A stretch of DNA of 64,000 bases, taken from Spirochaetota bacterium (GTDB lineage Bacteria > Spirochaetota > Brachyspiria > Brachyspirales > JACRPF01). The notes below the pieces were generated by a model. That model saw nothing but the letters and a program-made list of their open reading frames with translations, was not told the origin of the DNA and did not search any database. Of the stretch, positions 9,540 through 18,699 are shown piece by piece. The position numbers and the translations under genes were made by a program. Every line of letters starts with the position of its first letter. Within the stretch, counting starts at the first letter, position 1. Location of the stretch: the NCBI GenBank assembly GCA_016214035.1, contig JACRPF010000012.1, forward strand, positions 3,051 through 67,050, given 5' to 3'.

Positions 9540-9561
9540 GGCGCGGTCACATATCCGCGCC
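9540..9561. repeat. degenerate REP-like half element just after the RAYT stop
   Basis: GGCGCGG-TCACATAT-CCGCGCC: a 7-bp stem that shares the ATATCCGCGCC half-site with copies 1 and 2. Confidence 0.4.
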
Positions 9562-9669
9562 TGCGTGCATTCCGTATCTGCTCCGCACCTGCTCCGTTTC
9601 ACCTTCGCTTCCGCTCCGGTCCCGATACACGCCTTAAATTCAATGTAACACATTTACGTATAGTATAGC

Positions 9670-10173
9670 ATGGAGTTTATTATGGCGCTTATATCACTTT
9701 CATTCCCCATTGCCCGGCTGCATGGCCGGCTGGGCACGGTTGTCTTCTGCGTGTGGAAAGGCGTGCGTTATGCGCGGAGGTATGTCCCGCATAACCGCAG
9801 CAACACACCGCTGCAGGCGCACCGGCGCATGTCGTTCAGACTGGCGGTATACGCATGGCGTATGCTTGACGGTACGGCAAAAGAGCGCTATGCGCAGCGG
9901 GCGATGCACCTCAACATGAGCGGTTACAACCTCTATATCAGCGAAACGCTGCGGGGCGGCAAAGAACATGAAGCATGCGGCATATCCCGCGGTTTCTATA
10001 CTGCAGATCGTCGTGATGGTGCATGCATACGCCCGTTGATGCCATCCATACAGCCGGTATATCGCCGATTGGGTATCACTGCCAATGCGGGCAGACTGCT
10101 GTACCATGCGCACAATGACCGGGAAGCGGTAAACTATCACCGTCATTGCGAGGGCTTTGTACGGAGCACGTGA
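9670..10173 (+). CDS. hypothetical protein (weak call)
   Basis: 167-aa ORF. The first ~100 aa look protein-like (GRLGTVVFCVWKGVRYARRYVP..NTPLQAHRRMSFRLAVYAW..SGYNLYISE). The tail is Arg/His-rich and runs into repeat-like DNA. No recognisable domain. Confidence 0.3.
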   Translation: MEFIMALISLSFPIARLHGRLGTVVFCVWKGVRYARRYVPHNRSNTPLQAHRRMSFRLAVYAWRMLDGTAKERYAQRAMHLNMSGYNLYISETLRGGKEHEACGISRGFYTADRRDGACIRPLMPSIQPVYRRLGITANAGRLLYHAHNDREAVNYHRHCEGFVRST

Positions 10174-10278
10174 TGCGTTGCACTGCCGATTCGTCCATAC
10201 ATTTTGCAGATTTCTCCATTTCCTTTCAGAGCGATGTATTTATTATTGTTGCATCTTTCAGCATCAAAGGAATACATC

Positions 10279-11589
10279 ATGAAAAAACTGACCGCCATCA
10301 TCGTCGGAGCCGGACACCGGGCGCTGCTCTATGCCGAATATGCGCTGGTAAAACCCGATGAGCTTGAGATCGTGGGCGTGGCGGAACCCGACAGCACCAA
10401 ACGCGCGCACGCGGCGAATGTGCATAAGATACCGCAGGAGCGATGTTTCACAACGGCGGAAGAACTTTCCCGGGTACCAAAGTTCGCCGATTTCGTCATC
10501 AACGGCACGATGGATAAGCTTCATGTGCCGACGTCCGTCCCGCTCCTCAAAGCGGGGTACGACATACTGCTTGAAAAACCGTTCGCCACGGATAAAAACG
10601 AGATGCGGCATCTGGTGAAAACCGCGCAGAAGCTCAAGCGCCGTATCGCCATCTGCCATGTGCTCAGATACGCACCGTTCTATGCGGGCATCAAGCAGCG
10701 CATACTCGCCGGCGACATCGGCGATATTATGAACATACAGACCACGGAAAATGTGAGCTATCACCATGTTGCGGCGGCGTTCATACGCGGCAAGTGGGGT
10801 ACGAAAAAGTACGGCGGTTCATCGTTCCTGATGGCGAAATGCTGCCATGATCTCGATCTCATCACCTGGCTGAAAAGCGGCATACATCCGTCACGCGTGG
10901 CGAGTATGGGCAGCCGCATGTTCTTCATACCGGAGAAGGCGCCCGTCGGTTCGGGCATGCATTGTCTTACCGACTGCCCGAAGGAAGTGGAGGCGGCGTG
11001 TTTATATTCGGCACGCAAGCACTATGTTGACCACAACTGGTGGCCGTTCTATGTATGGGATTTCAACGATAAATTCAAGGACCAGACTCTCCCTTCAAGT
11101 GAAGAACGCATTCGCAGATTGTCCGATCCGGCTAATCCGTACGGACGCTGCGTCTGGAAGACCGACGGTGATATCATCGATCATCAGTCCGTGGTCATCG
11201 AGTTTGCGGACGGCGCAACGGCAACGCATAATCTCGTTTCCGGCGCGTCGAAATCGGAGCGCAATATTCAGATCATCGGAACGAAGGGCGAGATACGCGG
11301 CGCATTTGAATCGGGGAAGTTCACCATAGTCCGCATGGACCCGCGGCCGGGTCATGAACATGCCGAAGAGGTTGTCGATACGAATATCAGCGGCGACTTC
11401 AGCGGACTTTCCGGCGCACACGGCGGCGGCGATGCGCGTCTCATCGCGGATTTCGTGCGCGTTATGCGCGGCGAACAGCCGAGTTTCTCATATACCGGCA
11501 TCGAGGACTCCGTGTACGGCCATATCACCGGCTTTCTCGCCGATGAAGCCATGGCGAAGCGCACCGAGATGACCATACCGCGCATCTGA
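10279..11589 (+). CDS. Gfo/Idh/MocA-family NAD(P)-dependent oxidoreductase
   Basis: Trimmed to MKKLTAIIVGAGHRALLYAEY (ATG 10279, SD AAAGGA). Rossmann N-terminus and the family EKP motif (LLEKPFAT). Confidence 0.85.
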   Translation: MKKLTAIIVGAGHRALLYAEYALVKPDELEIVGVAEPDSTKRAHAANVHKIPQERCFTTAEELSRVPKFADFVINGTMDKLHVPTSVPLLKAGYDILLEKPFATDKNEMRHLVKTAQKLKRRIAICHVLRYAPFYAGIKQRILAGDIGDIMNIQTTENVSYHHVAAAFIRGKWGTKKYGGSSFLMAKCCHDLDLITWLKSGIHPSRVASMGSRMFFIPEKAPVGSGMHCLTDCPKEVEAACLYSARKHYVDHNWWPFYVWDFNDKFKDQTLPSSEERIRRLSDPANPYGRCVWKTDGDIIDHQSVVIEFADGATATHNLVSGASKSERNIQIIGTKGEIRGAFESGKFTIVRMDPRPGHEHAEEVVDTNISGDFSGLSGAHGGGDARLIADFVRVMRGEQPSFSYTGIEDSVYGHITGFLADEAMAKRTEMTIPRI

Positions 11590-11729
11590 TACATCCGCTC
11601 CGGCGCACATCATCCCGCCTGAGGTGTGTGTTCTCCTGTTGCTCTCCTTGACTTATTCAGCCGTTGATTGTAGCATATTATTATACTAAGATAAGCCCTA
11701 TATTTTTATCGGCATGAAATCTGCAAGGA

Positions 11730-13100
11730 GTGCGCGTGAAGAACGCTCTGCATCTGAATTTAAAACTGAAACAGCAGCTTCGTTTAAGCCCGCAGATGAT
11801 TCAGTCAATAAAGCTTCTGATGCTGTCGAATCTCGATCTTCTGACGCACATTGAACAGGAATTATCCGACAATCCGCTGCTTGAAAGCGATAATAACTCG
11901 AATGTCGTTGATGTTGACTCCAATCTCTACCTCAACGATCCCGACATGCCGAACTTCGACTGGGTTGACTACACCGACGACCCGGCCGATGTACCCGCAG
12001 TCCACAGCGATGACGATGATAAAAAGCGGCAGTTTATCGAGGGTGGTATTTCCGAGGCGAAGGAAAGCTTGCATGAGCATTTGATAAATCAGCTCCGGCT
12101 CGCATGCAGCGACGAGGAACTCATATCGCTCGGGGAAACGGTCATAAGCTATATCAATAATGACGGGTATCTCACCATGGATGCGCCGCTCATCGCGCTT
12201 GATCTTTCAGCGGATGCCGCGGTCATCGAAAAGATCATCGCCACCATCAAGACGTTCGAACCCACCGGCGTTGGCGGGCGGAACCTGCGGGAAGTGCTGC
12301 TCCTCCAGCTCGCGGCGCTCAAACCCCGCAATGAGCTTGCCGAACGCATCGCGGATCAGCATCTCACGCTCCTCTCGCAGAAGGATTATACTGCGATTGC
12401 GAAAGCGCTCAATTCAGATGCGGAGCGTGTGCGTGCGGCGGCAGGCGTCATCGCTTCCTGCGAACCGTTTCCGGGACGTCAGTTCGACAATACCAAGATA
12501 CGGTATATCGTTCCCGACCTCCGCATCGAGAAGAAAGAGGGCGAATGGCATGTGGTCATCACCGACGATTATCTGCCGTCGCTCAGGATTAACAAGAAAT
12601 ACGGAGCGACGCTCCGCACCTCGGGTGAAGATCTCGGCAAATTCGCCGCGGAGAAAATGGGTTCGGCGCTCGCACTCATCTATGCCATCGAACAGCGGCG
12701 CAAGACACTCTATAAAACGGGGAAGGCGATACTGGAGCTGCAGCACGATTTCTTCGAACACGGCCGAGAGCATCTGAAACCGCTGCTCCTGCGCGATGTG
12801 GCATCGGCTATCGGCATGAGCGAGTCCACCGTGAGCCGAATCAGCAACAGCAAGTACATAGAGACGTCGTGGGGCGTCTTCCCGGTGAAGTATTTCTTCT
12901 CGGTACCGGTGCGTTCGTCGTCGGGAACGGCGTCGAAGCAGTCGGTAAAGGAGACGATACGCCTCATCATCGCCGAAAACTCCGGATTATCGGATGAAAA
13001 GATCAAGGCGCTCCTCAGTGAGCGGGGCATCGAAATTGCCCGCCGGACGGTTGCGAAATATAGAAAAGAGCTTAAAATACTTTCCTCCCGTGACCGATAG
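11730..13100 (+). CDS. rpoN: RNA polymerase sigma-54 factor
   Basis: Region I LKLKQQLRLSPQMIQSIKLLMLSNLDL; acidic region II; C-terminal RpoN box ARRTVAKYRKEL. GTG start at 11730 or 11736, after AAGGAG. Confidence 0.9.
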   Translation: MRVKNALHLNLKLKQQLRLSPQMIQSIKLLMLSNLDLLTHIEQELSDNPLLESDNNSNVVDVDSNLYLNDPDMPNFDWVDYTDDPADVPAVHSDDDDKKRQFIEGGISEAKESLHEHLINQLRLACSDEELISLGETVISYINNDGYLTMDAPLIALDLSADAAVIEKIIATIKTFEPTGVGGRNLREVLLLQLAALKPRNELAERIADQHLTLLSQKDYTAIAKALNSDAERVRAAAGVIASCEPFPGRQFDNTKIRYIVPDLRIEKKEGEWHVVITDDYLPSLRINKKYGATLRTSGEDLGKFAAEKMGSALALIYAIEQRRKTLYKTGKAILELQHDFFEHGREHLKPLLLRDVASAIGMSESTVSRISNSKYIETSWGVFPVKYFFSVPVRSSSGTASKQSVKETIRLIIAENSGLSDEKIKALLSERGIEIARRTVAKYRKELKILSSRDR

Positions 13101-13137
13101 GCCCCGGGGACCAAAATTAATGATCGGAGCATAACAC

Positions 13138-13953
13138 ATGCATGTGAACATTCAAGGACGGCATTTCAAAGTACGGCGCGACATGCGCGAATACATCGCC
13201 AAGAAAATGGCAAAGATCAAATTCTATTCGAAAAAGATCATCGACGCCCACATCCTGCTAGAGGAGATAAAACTCGAGCACAAGGTTGAGATCACCATCA
13301 TGCTCAACGGCAAGGTGTTCCGTTTTGCCGAAATAGGCAAGACGTTCTATGAAGCCATCGATCTCCTGTTCGACAAGCTTGAGCGGAAGGTAAAGTCCAC
13401 CAAGAATATCATCAAGAACCACAAGCATGACGCGGGTATTAAGCAGCGGGCCATGGCGAATGCCGGCGCGGACGATCGCGATATCGATACGGTGCATATG
13501 GAATTCGCCCCGTTCGCCGACAAGCCCATGGACAGCATCGAGGCGGCGCTTGAACTCGCCGCTGACAAGGGATACTGCATCGGCTTTTTTCCCATAGCCA
13601 AGAACACGGATATGCTCAATGTACAGGTGGCATCCGTACCGGCATTTATCATTAAGCATGAGACCGATAGCGCCATGCATCTGTTCTCCTATGAGTCCGG
13701 CGGCATCATTTCAACGGTCTTCGGCAAAGAAGGCTGGCACGAGTGCTCAGTCAGCGTGGCGCAGGGCAAGGTACGGACGTCTGCGAAGAAAAAGATAAAG
13801 ACAGCGGAATGCAATGTGAGTACCGCGTGGAAAATTCTCCGCGAGGACGATGCGATGCGCTTTATGGTGTTCCGCAACAGCGTGACCGGTAATTATGAAG
13901 GCATCTATAAGAACGGGAAGAACAAGTGCACCGTGATAGGCTACGGAAGATAA
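13138..13953 (+). CDS. hpf: ribosome hibernation promoting factor, long form with expanded C-terminal region
   Basis: The N-terminal ~95 aa show a RaiA/HPF pattern (MHVNIQGRHFKVRRDMREYIAKKM..FDKLERKVK). The C-terminal ~170 aa contain KPM..FF and FMVFRN..GIYKNGKN segments resembling the long-HPF dimerisation domain more than once. Confidence 0.85.
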   Translation: MHVNIQGRHFKVRRDMREYIAKKMAKIKFYSKKIIDAHILLEEIKLEHKVEITIMLNGKVFRFAEIGKTFYEAIDLLFDKLERKVKSTKNIIKNHKHDAGIKQRAMANAGADDRDIDTVHMEFAPFADKPMDSIEAALELAADKGYCIGFFPIAKNTDMLNVQVASVPAFIIKHETDSAMHLFSYESGGIISTVFGKEGWHECSVSVAQGKVRTSAKKKIKTAECNVSTAWKILREDDAMRFMVFRNSVTGNYEGIYKNGKNKCTVIGYGR

Positions 13954-13999
13954 ACGCACACACTGCCGTTACGCTGGTTCTCATGGAGGCCCGATTGCT

Positions 14000-14467
14000 A
14001 TGAAATTGATTGACTGCATGGATGAGCGCGCCATCATCCTGAACATACAGGACACCGATAAAGAGGCGGTCTTAAGCAAGATCGTCGATGTGCTCGCGCA
14101 GAACGCGCTGGTGTCCGATAAGGCTGAGGTCGAGCGTGCCATTCTCACGCGCGAGCGGCTCATGTCAACCGGTGTGGGCAGCGGCATCGCCATACCGCAC
14201 GCAAAGACCGAGAAGGTTGACAAAATCACGATAGCGTTCGCTACGTCGCGTCTCGGCATACGGTATAAGGCCGTCGACAAGAAGAACGTGCATGTCATCT
14301 TCATGCTCATCGCGCCGAAGGACGCGGCAAGCGAGAACCTGAAGATACTCACCATCATCGCAAAGATACTGCGCGGCAACACCGCGCTGTCGGAAAAGCT
14401 GCTCAAGGCGGAGAGCCCGAGAGAGGTCATCGATCTCATCGCGAAAGAGGAAGCCAAGATTCAATGA
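14000..14467 (+). CDS. ptsN: PTS EIIA-Ntr-type protein
   Basis: 155 aa. Active-site His context GSGIAIPHAK. Position directly after rpoN-hpf. Confidence 0.85.
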   Translation: MKLIDCMDERAIILNIQDTDKEAVLSKIVDVLAQNALVSDKAEVERAILTRERLMSTGVGSGIAIPHAKTEKVDKITIAFATSRLGIRYKAVDKKNVHVIFMLIAPKDAASENLKILTIIAKILRGNTALSEKLLKAESPREVIDLIAKEEAKIQ

Positions 14468-15423
14468 ACCGCATCAGCATCGAGAAGTTCCTCACGCTCA
14501 ATGACCGCAGCAGCAATCACCTGAGCATACGCTCGCTCACCGGGACGCAGGGTTTCGAGAACACCATCGCGAGCTACCATATCAACCGCCCCGGCATGAA
14601 CCTGTTCGGCTATTTCGATAATTTCGGTTATGACCGTCTGCAGGTGTTCGGACGCGGCGAGGCGGGGTATGTAGTGGAGCTCGTGAACGCCGGAAATTTC
14701 GCAACCATCGACAAGATATTCGAATACAAGATACCGCTGTGCGTGTTCACCAACAGCAACGAACCCCCCGCTGCGTTCATAGAGCGGGCCGTGAAGAACG
14801 CGGTGCCGGTGTTCGTCTCATCGCTCACCACCGGGGATTTCATCCAGAAGCTCAATACGCTTCTCGAGGATGAGTTCGCTCCGCACATCACCGTGCACGG
14901 CGTGTTCGTTGAGGTGTTCGGCGTGGGCGTGCTCCTGAAGGGTAAAAGCGGCGTGGGAAAGAGTGAAGCGGCGCTCGAGCTCGTGCAGCGCGGTCACCGG
15001 CTCATCGCTGATGACAGCGTGGACTTCAAATGTCTGCGCGGACTTATCATCGAAGGTTCGAGCAGCCGGGTGCTCAAATACAACATGGAGATACGGGGAC
15101 TGGGCATCATCAACATCGCCCGGCTTTCGGGCATGTCGGCGGTACGCGACAAGAAACGCCTTGAACTTATCGTCATGCTTGAGGATTGGAAGGAAGACAA
15201 GGAATATGACCGCACGGGGCTTGAGGACCATACGGAGAACATCCTCGGCGTGGAAGTCCCGTCGCTGACCGTACCGGTGCGCCCGGGACGCAATATACAC
15301 ATACTCATTGAGACCGCGGCGAAGAACGAACGCCTGAAAAAACTCGGGTATCACTCCGCAAAGGAATTCAATAAACGGGTCATGCGTCTTTTTGAAGGTG
15401 AAGACGATGATACAGGTTTTTGA
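14464..15423 (+). CDS. hprK: HPr kinase/phosphorylase
   Basis: Walker A GKSGVGKSEAALEL, then LIADD and MEIRGLGIINI. The ATGA start/stop overlaps ptsN. Confidence 0.9.
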   Translation: MNRISIEKFLTLNDRSSNHLSIRSLTGTQGFENTIASYHINRPGMNLFGYFDNFGYDRLQVFGRGEAGYVVELVNAGNFATIDKIFEYKIPLCVFTNSNEPPAAFIERAVKNAVPVFVSSLTTGDFIQKLNTLLEDEFAPHITVHGVFVEVFGVGVLLKGKSGVGKSEAALELVQRGHRLIADDSVDFKCLRGLIIEGSSSRVLKYNMEIRGLGIINIARLSGMSAVRDKKRLELIVMLEDWKEDKEYDRTGLEDHTENILGVEVPSLTVPVRPGRNIHILIETAAKNERLKKLGYHSAKEFNKRVMRLFEGEDDDTGF

Positions 15424-15462
15424 TTGGACGCTCCGCTATTTTACTCAAGGGAAGAAGGACGC

Positions 15463-15789
15463 ATGACGCTTACCACACTGCTTGAAGTCAAGAACAAAAA
15501 CGGGCTGCATACACGCCCGGCCGGCATTCTCTGTAATATCGCCAACCGCTCAAAATACAGCCCGCTCGGTGTGTTCATGGTCCATAACGGACTTCGCGTT
15601 GATGTGAAGAGCATTCTCAACGTGCTTACCCTCGGGGCGGTGCACGGTGCAAAGATCATCCTCGAGATCGAGGGTGAGGAACCGGAAAAGACAATGATGG
15701 AAGAGGCGTTGAAGGAAATTTCCGATTTCTTCGAGGCGTCATTCGATGTCGTTGCACCCGATCTTGAACAGCCGGACGGCGATTTCTAA
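15463..15789 (+). CDS. ptsH: phosphocarrier protein HPr/NPr
   Basis: Trimmed to the ATG at 15463 (the track start at 15424 is TTG). His15 region KNGLHTRPAG; Ser46 region VDVKSILNVLTLG. Confidence 0.85.
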   Translation: MTLTTLLEVKNKNGLHTRPAGILCNIANRSKYSPLGVFMVHNGLRVDVKSILNVLTLGAVHGAKIILEIEGEEPEKTMMEEALKEISDFFEASFDVVAPDLEQPDGDF

Positions 15790-15809
15790 GCGGTACCGCC
15801 CGCACCGCG

Positions 15810-16685
15810 TTATGATTTTCTATCGATGATATACCGCGCAAGAGCGGATAAATAACCCGATGATTTGAACGATGAAAGCGCGTCTACCGCTTTCGCCACC
15901 GCTTCCGCCGCCTTCCGCTGCGCGCCCTCGATTCCGAAAAACTTCACATACGTGGCTTTGTTGTTTTTTACGTCGCTGCCGACATTTTTGCCGAGCGTCG
16001 CGTTGTCCGACGTTACATCGAGTATGTCGTCCTGTATCTGAAACGCCAGGCCTATGGCTTCACCGTACGCGGTGAGCGCGTCGAACGTACGTTCATCAGC
16101 GTTGCCGATGATGCCGCCAACACGTACCGCCGCCCGAATGAGCGCGCCGGTCTTGCATTCATGTATCGTTCTGAGCGTTTCGAACGGGATATCCTTTCCC
16201 TCGTTCTCAAGGTCCAGGAACTGTCCGCCCACCATGCCGGAGATACCCGATGCCACACTCACCTCGCGTACAATGCCGACAACAGCGGCAGGCGGGAGCG
16301 GCGCATTCGCGATAAGTGTGAAGGCATGGGTGAGTAGCGCGTCGCCCGCGAGAATGGCGTTCGCCTCGCCGTGTACTACGTGCATCGTGGGTTTCCCGCG
16401 CCGAAGGTCGTCGTCGTCCATAGCGGGAAGGTCGTCATGCACGAGCGAATAGGTGTGGATGAGCTCAAGCGCGGCGGCGGCCTCAAGTGCGTTCGTCTCA
16501 TCGCCGCCGAGCATCTCGTTCACCATGAGCGTGAGGACGGGTCTGAGGCGCTTTCCCCCCGCCAGAAGCGGATAGCGGAGCATCTCGTAGTACGATGCAA
16601 GCGGATCCGGCGCGTTTCTGAACGATCCGTCAAGATACCGTTCTATCAGCGATTGTTTTGCGCGGTAATATTCCTGGAAATGCAT
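15810..16685 (-). CDS. (E)-polyprenyl diphosphate synthase (FPP/GGPP synthase family)
   Basis: Trimmed to MHFQEYYRAKQ (ATG at 16685). First and second Asp-rich motifs LVHDDLPAMDDDDLRRG and FQIQDDILD. The start lies 1 nt from the stop of the upstream esterase gene. Confidence 0.85.
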   Translation of the reverse strand: MHFQEYYRAKQSLIERYLDGSFRNAPDPLASYYEMLRYPLLAGGKRLRPVLTLMVNEMLGGDETNALEAAAALELIHTYSLVHDDLPAMDDDDLRRGKPTMHVVHGEANAILAGDALLTHAFTLIANAPLPPAAVVGIVREVSVASGISGMVGGQFLDLENEGKDIPFETLRTIHECKTGALIRAAVRVGGIIGNADERTFDALTAYGEAIGLAFQIQDDILDVTSDNATLGKNVGSDVKNNKATYVKFFGIEGAQRKAAEAVAKAVDALSSFKSSGYLSALARYIIDRKS

Positions 16686-16686
16686 G

Positions 16687-18699
16687 TTATTTGTTGCTGA
16701 TAGTCCTTCCGGGCCAGTCGTCCGAACGGAACGGGCAGGCCGGCAGGAGCGCTGTATTGTAGAGCGATGCGTCGGGGTTGTCGGCCCATGCGTAGCGCAC
16801 CGCGACGGGCTTGGGTACATTCGGGCTTTTTACAAGCACGGTGTTGCTTTCGATGACCGCGGATGCCCAGTAGAACACCTTGTCCGCACCGGCAACGGCG
16901 AAACCGGTAAGCTCGTTCGCGCCGTACAACGTAAGACCGCCGGCAACATAGTCAAACGACACTCTGATTGCATCATTCTCTATCTGCATAGAACGGTACA
17001 TCGGTCCCGAGCTTGCAACGCGTTTGCCGTATGTTTTTTTGAGCGCCTGCAGTGCGAGGCGGCGGCCTACATCCTGTTTGTTCTTCGGGTGTATGTCCTT
17101 TTCTTCGCCCACATCGATGATTACCGCCTGACCGGTGTTGGTGAGCGAGAGTGTCATTGTCTGCGCTTCACGAAGTTCTGCCCATCCGCTCTCAACCGGC
17201 GTCGGGTTTTTTTTCATGTAATTGGCAAGCTGCACGAAGTAGAACGGGAAATCGCCGATGTTCCACGCTTTGCGCCACGTCTCAATCATCGTCCGGAAGA
17301 GTTTCCGGTACTGATACGAGCGTCCCGCGTTCGATTCACCCTGATACCAGATGGCGCCGCGTATCGCGAAATTGGTGAGCGGGGCTATCATGGCGTTGTA
17401 AAGCGCCGCCGGTATGTTCTGCGGACGCTGTACCGGTTCCGCGGGTCGGGGACCTTTTGCGGTAAGTGGAGCGGTCTGGAATTCGATGATATATTTCCAA
17501 TCACCCGTGAGGGCCAGTGCTTCTTTCGGAGCGGATACGGGATAGAGCTTCATCTCGGCATCGGGACCGGTGAGTCCGCCGCCGCCGAAATCGTCGAACA
17601 TGCGCACGGCGATGACCGCTTTACCGGCCTTCACCGATGATGCGGCGATCTTATACCGCCGCTGGGCCATATACCAGTTTGACACTTCCTTGCCGGTTGT
17701 GCCCGCCTGTGTTCCGTTAAAATAGGTGACGTCGATATCATCCACCGCGCCGATGCAGAGCATGAGGTCTTTGCCCGCCCACGACTGCGGTATATCAACT
17801 GTTTTGCGGAACCACAATGCGCCGTCGATGTTAAGCCCTGCGCTCTCGATAGTCGTCGGAAGCTTCATCGTCTTCCATGAAGCATCGTTGAAATCGGCTT
17901 TTGCATAACCCAGGTCAAAACCCTTGTTACCGGGATCCTTTACGCGCTGGCTGTCTTCCCATGTCTTGAGTTTTTTTGCGTAATCGTCCTGAGCTTTCGT
18001 GCTTTTATTTGCATATGAATTGGTCATCTGCACGAAACGTTCCTGAAAAACCTTCAGCTCCTCATCGTTGAATCCTTCCATGGGTGTCCACGCTTCCGCC
18101 GGGGTGCCGCCCCATGACGTGTGTATGAGGCCGACAGGCACGCCGAGTCTCTGATGCAGCATGCGTCCGTAATAGTACAGTACCGCTGAGAAACCGCCCA
18201 CATTGCTCGGTGAGCATTCAGCCCACTGCACGGCGTCCGCGTCGTTGGTGGGTGCGAACAGCGTTTTCTTTTTCACGGTGAAGAGACGGATACCGGGAAA
18301 GGCGGCATTGCTTATCTCGATGGATGAATTCGTGGTGTTTTTGACGACCCATTCCATATTCGACTGACCGCTGCCTATCCATATCTCGCCGATGAGCACG
18401 TTCGACAGTGTAATCTTATTATTGCCCTGAATGACGATGGTGTACGGGCCGCCAGCTTTCATCGGTTTCAGTTTAACTATCCAGCTGCCGGTCTGGTCGG
18501 CAACGGCGGTGGCTTTCTGATTGCTCAGTGTAATAGTTATCTTCTCGCCGGGAGCGGCGAAGCCGAAGATTTTGATGTCGGCATCGCGCTGCAGGACCAT
18601 ATTGTCCGAGAAAAGCTGCGGCATTTTGACATCGGCGAACATGGGGGTAACCGAGAGCATGATGACACAGATAATGGCGGAAATACTGAAACGGCGCAT
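16687..18699 (-). CDS. secreted sialate O-acetylesterase-like SGNH hydrolase
   Basis: 670 aa. Signal peptide MRRFSISAIICVIMLSVTPMFA. The GSGQSNMEW block is typical of sialic-acid 9-O-acetylesterase-type (DUF303) enzymes. A central beta-sandwich-like insert is present. Confidence 0.8.
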   Translation of the reverse strand: MRRFSISAIICVIMLSVTPMFADVKMPQLFSDNMVLQRDADIKIFGFAAPGEKITITLSNQKATAVADQTGSWIVKLKPMKAGGPYTIVIQGNNKITLSNVLIGEIWIGSGQSNMEWVVKNTTNSSIEISNAAFPGIRLFTVKKKTLFAPTNDADAVQWAECSPSNVGGFSAVLYYYGRMLHQRLGVPVGLIHTSWGGTPAEAWTPMEGFNDEELKVFQERFVQMTNSYANKSTKAQDDYAKKLKTWEDSQRVKDPGNKGFDLGYAKADFNDASWKTMKLPTTIESAGLNIDGALWFRKTVDIPQSWAGKDLMLCIGAVDDIDVTYFNGTQAGTTGKEVSNWYMAQRRYKIAASSVKAGKAVIAVRMFDDFGGGGLTGPDAEMKLYPVSAPKEALALTGDWKYIIEFQTAPLTAKGPRPAEPVQRPQNIPAALYNAMIAPLTNFAIRGAIWYQGESNAGRSYQYRKLFRTMIETWRKAWNIGDFPFYFVQLANYMKKNPTPVESGWAELREAQTMTLSLTNTGQAVIIDVGEEKDIHPKNKQDVGRRLALQALKKTYGKRVASSGPMYRSMQIENDAIRVSFDYVAGGLTLYGANELTGFAVAGADKVFYWASAVIESNTVLVKSPNVPKPVAVRYAWADNPDASLYNTALLPACPFRSDDWPGRTISNK

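Noticed and set aside
8764-9561. Possible CRISPR-like array, because a palindromic unit recurs three times
   Set aside because: There are only three copies at irregular spacing (about 470 and 210 nt). The outer arms differ, one copy lies inside a CDS, and no cas genes are present. It fits REP/RAYT instead.
11648-11700. Sigma-70 promoter for rpoN (TTGACT...TAGCAT or TTGATT...TAAGAT)
   Set aside because: Two competing weak -10 candidates exist and neither is convincing, so I did not report it as a feature.
16684-17640. 318-aa plus-strand ORF
   Set aside because: It is antisense to the esterase gene, which has a signal peptide and the GSGQSNMEW motif.
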